This document shows, piece by piece, positions 25,586-32,000 of a DNA stretch of 32,000 bases. The notes beneath the pieces are model-generated. The model ran no database searches and was not told where the DNA came from. It saw only the letters and a program-made list of their open reading frames with translations. Each line of letters opens with the position of its first letter. Position 1 is the stretch's first letter. Made by a program: the position numbers and the translations under genes. Origin of the DNA: Bellilinea caldifistulae (GTDB lineage: Bacteria > Chloroflexota > Anaerolineae > Anaerolineales > Anaerolineaceae); contig NZ_LGHJ01000010.1 in the NCBI RefSeq assembly GCF_001306055.1, forward strand, positions 90,001 through 122,000, given 5' to 3'.

Positions 25586-27265
25586 ATGAAAAAATTTCGC
25601 TGGCAAATTCTCATCATTCTTCTGACCGGCCTGGTGGTTGGCATTTTGCTGCTCAGTGAGCAGCCCGAAGGGGTAACCCAGATTGTGCCAGAACCGGTCA
25701 CGGGTGGATTTTATACCGAAGCGTTGATTGGGTCTCTGCAACGCTTAAACCCGTTACTTGATTTTTACAATCCGGCTGACCGTGACATTGACCGCCTCCT
25801 CTACAGCCGACTGCTTTCCTTTGATGAACGGGGTATTCCGGTGCCGGATTTGGCCGCTTCCTGGGGAATTTCTCAGGACGGTACTATCTACAACTTTGAA
25901 ATACGTCCCGATGTCAAGTGGCATGATGGCCAGCCACTGACTGCAGCGGACATTGTGTTTACCATTGAAATGTTACGCAACGGAGGGGAAATTGTGCCGG
26001 AAGACCTACAGCGCTTCTGGCGTGATGTGGAAGTTGTCCAATTGAGCGATACGCTGATCCAGTTCAAACTCCCGGAACCGTTTGCTCCCTTTCTGGACTA
26101 TCTGACGTTTGGGGTTGTTCCTCAGCATTTGTTAGGAAACCGAACGATTGACCAGATCAGAGATTTACAATTTAACATTGAGCCGGTTGGTTCCGGACCT
26201 TACCGTTTTGATCAGTTGATTGTTGAGGACGGTCAAATAGCGGGGGTTTCTCTGCTGGCCTTCGAGGATTATTACGGCAAAAAGCCGTTCATTCCGCAGG
26301 TCATCTTCCGCTATTTTCCAGATGCGGCATCGGCTTTGCAGGCCTATCAAGGTGACCGGGTAATGGGAATCAGCTCGATCAGTGAGGATGTGCTTTCCAC
26401 AGCGCTGGCCGAACGGGATTTAGCCATTTACACCGGTCGAAAACCGGAACTCGGTCTGATTCTTTTCAACCTAAAAAATCCTGAAGTTGGCTTTTTGCAA
26501 AAACCTGAAGTGCGGAGAGCGCTTTATCTGGGAATTAATCGTCAGTATCTGGTGGACCGGATACTGGGTGGGCAGGCCATTCTGGCAGACGGCCCAATCT
26601 TCCCGGGGACGTGGGCGTATTACGACGGTTTACCGCGAGTGAACTACGATCCGGAGCGAGCCCGTCAGATTTTGATTGACGCCGGTTACACTCTACCAGC
26701 CGAGGGTGGAGATGTGCGCATCGGCAAGGAGGGAGATGCGCTTCAATTCACCATGCTGGTGCCGGATACAGCCCGTTCCCGCGCTCTTGCCGAAGCGATC
26801 CAGCAGGACTGGGCAGCATTGAATGTCCAGGTTACAGTGGAGTATCTGCCTTACCCCGACTTAATTGAGCAGCATTTAACCCCGCGGGATTATCAGGCTG
26901 CTCTGGTAGATCTGAATTTTACCCGCTCCCCTGATCCAGACCCTTACCCCTTCTGGGACTCTGTTCAGGCGACCGGCGGGCAAAACTATGCTCAATGGGA
27001 TCACAAAATTGCCAGTGAGTATCTTGAAGAGGCCCGCATTACCATTGATCTGAATGAACGCGCGCGGCTTTACCGTAATTTTCAAGTGATCTTTGCCGAG
27101 GAGCTACCGGCTCTTCCACTGTTTTATCCCGTTTATAACTACGGGGTGGACCGTCAGGTGCAGGGAGTACGGATGGGGCCTCTGCTGGAAAGCAGTGATC
27201 GCTTTGCTACCGTGCTGGAATGGTACCTCTCCAGCCGTCCGGCAGCCGTGACCCCGACTCCGTAG
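25586..27265 (+). CDS. ABC transporter substrate-binding protein, family 5 (peptide/nickel type)
   Basis: N-terminal anchor/signal MKKFRWQILIILLTGLVVGILLL. Family-5 blocks LA.SW..S.DG..Y.F..R.DVKWHDG.PLTA.D..FT and YRF. Confidence 0.85.
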   Translation: MKKFRWQILIILLTGLVVGILLLSEQPEGVTQIVPEPVTGGFYTEALIGSLQRLNPLLDFYNPADRDIDRLLYSRLLSFDERGIPVPDLAASWGISQDGTIYNFEIRPDVKWHDGQPLTAADIVFTIEMLRNGGEIVPEDLQRFWRDVEVVQLSDTLIQFKLPEPFAPFLDYLTFGVVPQHLLGNRTIDQIRDLQFNIEPVGSGPYRFDQLIVEDGQIAGVSLLAFEDYYGKKPFIPQVIFRYFPDAASALQAYQGDRVMGISSISEDVLSTALAERDLAIYTGRKPELGLILFNLKNPEVGFLQKPEVRRALYLGINRQYLVDRILGGQAILADGPIFPGTWAYYDGLPRVNYDPERARQILIDAGYTLPAEGGDVRIGKEGDALQFTMLVPDTARSRALAEAIQQDWAALNVQVTVEYLPYPDLIEQHLTPRDYQAALVDLNFTRSPDPDPYPFWDSVQATGGQNYAQWDHKIASEYLEEARITIDLNERARLYRNFQVIFAEELPALPLFYPVYNYGVDRQVQGVRMGPLLESSDRFATVLEWYLSSRPAAVTPTP

Positions 27266-27282
27266 ATGCAGGACGGATCTTG

Positions 27283-27861
27283 ATGGATATTCTTTCGCAT
27301 GATGCGGCTTTTCTTCGCTCCGCTGCGGAGGTTCTGGAAGATTACCTGCTTTCAGATGTGTTGTTCTGGCCGTTACAGCGAGAAAAAGGAACAATGCTGG
27401 GGGGTGATTCCGATCAACTGACCCCCGGTAATTTACTGCTCAGTCGGGCTCGATTGGGTGATGCTGCCTCTGCTGATCCTTCACTGGCAGGTGCTTTGAG
27501 CCAGATTGAGAAAATACGCCGGGAATGGAAATCGGCCTGGCTGAATAAATGCGAGAAAGAATGGGATCAGCGGATGAGGCTCTGGATGCACTATCTGGAT
27601 GAGCTGAAAAGAGAATCCTCACCAATTCTGCCTGCGGATTTCGCTTTTCATGTGCGGCAGCGAGTGATCCTGCATCTGTTAGGTTTGGAAATGAGCGTTC
27701 TGCCCGCCGAGAAGAAAACGATGCTGCAAAATGCCGATGATCTCCTCCGTTCGATAAGTCAAGCCGGCGAGTTTGTCTGGCAAAAGAATCTACAGGGGCA
27801 CTTTCCTGTTTCGACTTTCTGGTATCTTTATCTGAAAACGGGAAAGGAAAAAAACGGATGA
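27283..27861 (+). CDS. Hypothetical protein (helical, no recognisable family)
   Basis: Long ORF, co-directional, with its stop overlapping the next gene's start (ATGA at 27858). The start is uncertain: ATG at 27283, or ATG at 27220 overlapping the SBP gene. Confidence 0.5.
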   Translation: MDILSHDAAFLRSAAEVLEDYLLSDVLFWPLQREKGTMLGGDSDQLTPGNLLLSRARLGDAASADPSLAGALSQIEKIRREWKSAWLNKCEKEWDQRMRLWMHYLDELKRESSPILPADFAFHVRQRVILHLLGLEMSVLPAEKKTMLQNADDLLRSISQAGEFVWQKNLQGHFPVSTFWYLYLKTGKEKNG

Positions 27862-28421
27862 GTAGAAAAAGATTTTTTACCGGGAATGGCGATAATGGCA
27901 CAACCGGTCTGCTGGGGGAAGGGCGCGTTTCGAAAAATCACCTGCGGATTGAAGTGCTCGGTTCCCTCGATGAAACAACGGCTGCATTGGGATTTGCACG
28001 AAGTCTGACGGGGGATCAAAAGATTGCCCAGGTAGTCCTTCAAATTCAGCGCGAGTTGTATCAATTGATGGCGGAAGTTGCAGCCACTCCCGAAAACGCC
28101 GGGCAGTTTCGGGTCATTTGTGCCGATCATGTGCGGTGGCTGGAACAGCAGGCCGATGAATTGAGCGAAGCCATCGAACTGCCGCGCGAATTCATTGTGC
28201 CGGGGGATACTCCAGCCGCGGGAGCGTTCAGTTTAGCGCGTACCATTTGCCGACGGGCAGAGAGACGGGTGGTAGAATTGAACGAACAGGACAGCCTGGG
28301 CAATCCTCATATTATTCCCTATCTTAACCGCCTGTCTTCGTTGTGTTTTGTGCTGGAATTATACGAAACTCAAATTCATGGAAATGCCCGCCCTACACTG
28401 GTAAAACACCATCAACCATGA
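27858..28421 (+). CDS. PduO-type ATP:cob(I)alamin adenosyltransferase
   Basis: N-terminal FTGNGDNGTTGLLGEGRVSKN..R.E.LGSLDE, LQ..L..L..E.A, FI.PG....A..LARTICRRAER. Confidence 0.88.
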   Translation: MSRKRFFTGNGDNGTTGLLGEGRVSKNHLRIEVLGSLDETTAALGFARSLTGDQKIAQVVLQIQRELYQLMAEVAATPENAGQFRVICADHVRWLEQQADELSEAIELPREFIVPGDTPAAGAFSLARTICRRAERRVVELNEQDSLGNPHIIPYLNRLSSLCFVLELYETQIHGNARPTLVKHHQP

Positions 28422-29128
28422 CCGGAACTTTGATTAACGTCGTGACCATTTTGATTGGCGGTCTGCTGGGTTTAGTCCTTGGCAGCCGGCTGCCGGAACG
28501 GCTGCGCCAGACGGTGATGGCCGGGCTGGGACTTTTCACTTTTGCATTTGGGCTAAAAATGTTTCTGGATACCCAAAATGCACTGGCGGTTTTGATCAGT
28601 TTACTGCTGGGGGCGGTGATTGGCGAGTGGCTGCGGATCGAGGATGGGTTGAGAAGCGTCGGGCGCTGGTTGGAAACGCGCTTTACCAGGAGCAGCGACC
28701 CGGCACAGGATAACCGCTTTGTGCGCGGGTTTCTGACCGCTTCGCTGGTTTTTTGTGTTGGCCCGATGGCCATTCTCGGCTCCATTCAGGATGGGTTGAC
28801 CGGTAATTTTCAAACCCTGGCGGTCAAGGCAATTCTGGATGGCTTTGGGGCGCTGGCATTTGCCTCAACCTTGGGAGTAGGGGTGCTGTTTTCAGCGGTT
28901 GTGCTGCTCGGTTACCAGGGCGGCATCAGTCTGATGGCAGCCCAGCTGCAAGCGCTGATTACTCCTGCCATGATGCAAGAATTGAACGCTACCGGCGGGG
29001 TCATTTTGCTGGCGATTGCGATTGGCAGTCTGCTGGAGATAAAGCCGATTCGCGCCGGCAACTTTCTGCCGGCGCTGGTCATTGCTCCATTGATGGTCGT
29101 TCTAATGCAAGCGTTGGGGGTTTATTGA
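28418..29128 (+). CDS. DUF554 family membrane protein (YqgA/YdfK-like)
   Basis: MTGTLINVVTILIGGLLG N-terminus, GPMAILGSIQDGLTG, KAILDGF block. ATGA overlap with the upstream stop. Confidence 0.8.
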   Translation: MTGTLINVVTILIGGLLGLVLGSRLPERLRQTVMAGLGLFTFAFGLKMFLDTQNALAVLISLLLGAVIGEWLRIEDGLRSVGRWLETRFTRSSDPAQDNRFVRGFLTASLVFCVGPMAILGSIQDGLTGNFQTLAVKAILDGFGALAFASTLGVGVLFSAVVLLGYQGGISLMAAQLQALITPAMMQELNATGGVILLAIAIGSLLEIKPIRAGNFLPALVIAPLMVVLMQALGVY

Positions 29129-29130
29129 AA

Positions 29131-29832
29131 TCAGGGATTCAGTTTGGCCAGTTCTTGTTCAATAGTGTCAAAGAGTTCTGCCTGACCGACTAATTGACCG
29201 TTGACATTGAAAGTGGGCGTACCGGTCACACCCAAGCCGCTGGCGTAACGGGCATCATCGAGTACCCGCTGCTGATACTGGCGGCTGTTATAGCAGCGGT
29301 CAAAGGCAGCCGTATCCAGACTCAACTGGCGGGCAATACCTTTGAGCATTGCATCGTTCAATTCTGCGCCAAAATTGGCAAAGACATAGTCATGATATTC
29401 CCAGAATTTGCCCTGATCGAGCGCGCAATAAGCCGCCTCGGCAGCCCGGTACGACTCCGGGCTGATAAAGCTGAGCGGCACATATTTGAAATAAACTTTA
29501 CCGGTAGCAACGTACTCTTCGACCAACCGTTTTTCAGACCTCTCCCAGAAATCCCGGCAGTGAATGCACTTAAAGTCCGAGTACTCTTCGATTTTGATGG
29601 GGGCGTTTGGGTCTCCAACGGCTTGACCGTCCATTTGTGGGCGGTTGATGATCTCCGGTTTGGCAATCCGGTCCGCGCTGGCAGGTTGATTGGATACAAT
29701 CAATAAAGCTGCAATGGCAATTGCCACAACCGAAATGACGCTGATCAGGATGATCCGGTTACGCTGTTCCTGTTTGCGGCGTTGTTCACGTAATGCGACC
29801 TTCCGGCTGGCTTCTTTCGCTTTCGCGGGCAT
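29131..29832 (-). CDS. DsbA-family thiol:disulfide oxidoreductase, membrane-anchored
   Basis: Basic N-terminus then TM helix (IILISVISVVAIAIAALLIV). Thioredoxin-fold active site FKCIHCRDF (CxxC). C-terminal GVTGTPTF. Start placed at the ATG at 29832, which has GGAGG 4 nt upstream; the 29853 start on the track lacks a Shine-Dalgarno. Confidence 0.8.
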   Translation of the reverse strand: MPAKAKEASRKVALREQRRKQEQRNRIILISVISVVAIAIAALLIVSNQPASADRIAKPEIINRPQMDGQAVGDPNAPIKIEEYSDFKCIHCRDFWERSEKRLVEEYVATGKVYFKYVPLSFISPESYRAAEAAYCALDQGKFWEYHDYVFANFGAELNDAMLKGIARQLSLDTAAFDRCYNSRQYQQRVLDDARYASGLGVTGTPTFNVNGQLVGQAELFDTIEQELAKLNP

Positions 29833-29906
29833 TTTTCCTCCGTACATCGGCAAAATTGTTTAATGTTGAACAAATTTTGCCATAAATGGTTTTATTTGTC
29901 CAGTTG

Positions 29907-30764
29907 TTATACAGCCGGTTGATACACCCAAACAGAAAAGCTTTGTCCACTCCGTTGAAAGCCGATTTTCTGGTAAAGGGATAAAGAGGCGTGATTATCA
30001 TCCTGGGTGTTGACGGATAATTCCCAACATTGATCGCGTTTGCAGCGCTGGATTAAATCGGCTACCAGTGCATAACCAATATTCCGGCGCATAAAAGAGG
30101 GATGGACTGCCAGCCTTGCCAGATGGATGGAAAAAAGGTTCGAGGTGCTGATTTGAAAACCGACGATTTTTTCGTCCATTTCGGCAACGGTGGCATACCG
30201 GGCGCGTTGAAAGGAAATCTCAATCTGAGAGAGCGAGTTTTGCCAAATCGGTTCAAAGGCTTGCTGGTCAATGGTGGCAACCTGTGGCAGGTCATCTTCC
30301 TCCATCGGGCGGATAAATACAAACGGGGGAATGGTTAAGTCCTTGTCGTCCCCTTCCAGCTCCCGGTAGAGGGTTATAATGGCTTGATGGTAGTGAAATC
30401 CGCCATCTTTCAAAAGCGGTATCAGCCATTCTTTCAATCCCAAGGCGGCAATGGTTGGAAGGGAATCGGGAGCAAAATCTCCTAAACTTTTAGTAAAGAG
30501 GGTTTTCCAGTGTTCATCTGGCGAAATTCCCCGCCGGCAGGCGTAAATCCGCAGCCATGCAATTCCGGGAGGGTCTTCAATCAGGGCAAGCGCTGCGCGA
30601 ATACCCTCTTTATCCTCTGCCACCCAAAAGGGTTGTTTGTCGAGCCAGTCTAATGGTGACGACCAGTCCAGATGGTAAAAGACATGATTGGCGTAATTGA
30701 GTTCAGCCGAAAGTTGTAGACGATCCTGTGGTGTGGCGCGGCGGATTTGAAAGTGCTCGGACAT
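29907..30764 (-). CDS. Two-domain GNAT-family acetyltransferase
   Basis: The C-terminal half has the canonical GNAT pattern (IVGFQ...LAVHPSFMRRNIGYALV...N..A..LY.K.GF). The N-terminal half is GNAT-like but degenerate. Confidence 0.7.
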   Translation of the reverse strand: MSEHFQIRRATPQDRLQLSAELNYANHVFYHLDWSSPLDWLDKQPFWVAEDKEGIRAALALIEDPPGIAWLRIYACRRGISPDEHWKTLFTKSLGDFAPDSLPTIAALGLKEWLIPLLKDGGFHYHQAIITLYRELEGDDKDLTIPPFVFIRPMEEDDLPQVATIDQQAFEPIWQNSLSQIEISFQRARYATVAEMDEKIVGFQISTSNLFSIHLARLAVHPSFMRRNIGYALVADLIQRCKRDQCWELSVNTQDDNHASLSLYQKIGFQRSGQSFSVWVYQPAV

Positions 30765-30787
30765 AAAAATTCGTCAAAAGGCAATGA

Positions 30788-31330
30788 CTATTCCACTCCG
30801 CTTAAGCGGCGGATGATACCCATCAAATTCCGCAATAAGCGGTCTTTGAAAGATAATTTCGTCTTTTGTTCCAGGGCAGCATCCATGCTGACGAGCGATT
30901 CAATGCGTTTCCCTTGGCGTAATTGAATGGCTGAAATGCGCTGCAAGACGTAGGCGCGCATCTCTTTTTCTTGAATTTGCTTGAACAGCGCCGCCGATTG
31001 GGTGAATAATTCCAGGGCTTCATCCAACCGTTTCAGATCTTCCAATGCGCTGGCCAGATTGGCGAGAGCCATTGCCTGCCGTTTGAGATCCCCGGCTTTT
31101 GCGAAAATTTGATCGGTACCAAGGGCTGCCTGATAGGCTTGCTGTGGTTTTCCGGCTTTGAGTAAGGCTACGGAGAGGTTGTTCTTCATTTCCGCCTGTT
31201 GAAGGATCTGGCTTTCGTCCGTCAGGGCTTCCACTGCTGCAGAAAAGGCAATCGCAGCCGTTTCGTAATCCTCGTTCTGATAGGACTCCCATGCTTTTTG
31301 AGTGATGTTCTGAACGTCAACCTCGGACAT
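30788..31330 (-). CDS. Tetratricopeptide (TPR) repeat protein
   Basis: Repeated ~34-aa A/L/Y-rich helical units (W..Y....Y..A...F..A; NL..ALLK.GK...A; LANLASALEDL.R.DEAL..F). Confidence 0.7.
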   Translation of the reverse strand: MSEVDVQNITQKAWESYQNEDYETAAIAFSAAVEALTDESQILQQAEMKNNLSVALLKAGKPQQAYQAALGTDQIFAKAGDLKRQAMALANLASALEDLKRLDEALELFTQSAALFKQIQEKEMRAYVLQRISAIQLRQGKRIESLVSMDAALEQKTKLSFKDRLLRNLMGIIRRLSGVE

Positions 31331-31353
31331 GATTTTCCCCTCGTGCCTAACTT

Positions 31354-32000
31354 CTAATAGGTGATTTCCAGCAATCCTTCGGCAACTGCTCGCAATTTTT
31401 CCACAGAAAGTTCACTCAGGCGCATGGCCAGTTTCAGGTAGGGCAGGTTCACCGGTTTGCAGATGAATTCGCGGACGTCTTCTGGCAATTCCATGAAGCG
31501 CTGCATGGCGAGTCTTTCCCTCCGCCACTGCCCAATCGGCCCACGCTGGTCAAACAATTCTTCCATGCGAATTTGGAGGTGGTCGGTGAGGATTTCCAAT
31601 TCGGGCAGGGGAATGGATTTTTCTCCCAATTCATAGGCTTCGATCCGTTCTTTGGGTAAAGCGGTCTTTTCCTCCATCTGCTGCAAGGTAAGATTTAGAG
31701 TCTGGCGTGCCATGCGCAAGCGAGCGCCAATGATTTTGTGACGCAAAGAAACGTACGCCGGGGCTTGTTCAAATGGCTCTTGCATGCCTTGCCCAAGCAG
31801 GGATTGGGCGCTCCAAAAATGCTCCAGGGGAATATCGAGGTAGTAGGCAAAGGCCTCCAATTGAGGAAGGGAAGGGGCAAGCAACCCGGCTTCAACCTGT
31901 TCGTATTGTTCAGGAGATATTCCCATCACTCTGGCGCATTGTTCGACACTGCGATTGCGGGAAATCCTGGCGTCGTAAATCAATAAACCCAGTTTTCGGG
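31354..32000 (-). CDS. XRE-family transcriptional regulator with two HTH domains; N-terminus probably just outside window
   Basis: Two Cro/C1-type HTH units (ARISRNRSVEQCARVMGISPEQYEQVEAG and LRMARQTLNLTLQQMEEKTALPKERIEAYELG). The frame stays open to nt 32000 (..RKLGLLIYDAR), so the TTG at 31983 on the track is probably not the real start. Confidence 0.75.
   Translation of the reverse strand, partial: RKLGLLIYDARISRNRSVEQCARVMGISPEQYEQVEAGLLAPSLPQLEAFAYYLDIPLEHFWSAQSLLGQGMQEPFEQAPAYVSLRHKIIGARLRMARQTLNLTLQQMEEKTALPKERIEAYELGEKSIPLPELEILTDHLQIRMEELFDQRGPIGQWRRERLAMQRFMELPEDVREFICKPVNLPYLKLAMRLSELSVEKLRAVAEGLLEITY

Noticed and set aside
27266-27860. Cobalamin riboswitch upstream of the PduO-type adenosyltransferase
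   Set aside because: The region is coding (an unknown ORF coupled by ATGA). The only non-coding stretch is ~17 nt, and no B12-box-like sequence was seen.
1-32000. CRISPR arrays, IS elements, prophage or defence-island signatures, rRNA/tRNA genes
   Set aside because: Reading both strands revealed no spaced direct repeats, no transposase, integrase or recombinase-like ORFs, no typical defence domains, and no cloverleaf-capable intergenic sequence. All intergenic gaps are 233 nt or shorter. A computational repeat and tRNA scan would be needed to be certain.

Overview
Dense bacterial chromosomal window of about 34 protein-coding genes, mostly housekeeping. By eye I found no rRNA, tRNA, CRISPR array, transposase, integrase or long repeat. 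Many same-strand neighbours overlap by 4 nt (ATGA-type junctions), which implies several operons. The gene content (actinobacterial-style FHA/SEDS/PBP division cluster, Lgt, SecG, archease-RtcB, polytopic GAF sensors, HNH protein) suggests a monoderm-type lineage such as Chloroflexota/Anaerolineae; that is inference only, with no database search possible. Left to right: rluD-like (5' truncated), ltaE, membrane-GAF-GGDEF cyclase (-), punA, membrane Ig-like protein, GNAT, 7TM-GAF-HTH regulator, S1-domain protein, ftsK, CDP-alcohol phosphatidyltransferase, lgt, ABC ATPase, ABC-2/SpoIIM fusion permease, MBL hydrolase, HNH protein (-), TIGR01777 epimerase. Then a minus-strand operon: FhaA-like, FhaB-like, MTAP, SEDS::PBP fusion. 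Then archease-rtcB, ybaK (-), PHP hydrolase (-), secG, orphan family-5 SBP, unknown protein, PduO-type adenosyltransferase, DUF554, DsbA-like (-), double GNAT (-), TPR (-), double-HTH XRE (-, runs off the window). I see no defence island or mobile element. The best candidate for something undescribed is the FHA-FHA-MTAP-SEDS::PBP module. Its rodA-like and pbpA-like halves are fused into one 877-aa protein, and all three transpeptidase active-site motifs (SxxK, SxN, KTG) are replaced while the SEDS motifs stay intact. Secondary candidates are a kinase-less 7TM-GAF-HTH membrane regulator, a 34-bp divergent control region built on a perfect TTATAATTATAA palindrome (implying a leaderless fhaA-like mRNA), and the absence of spacer at all five convergent gene junctions.
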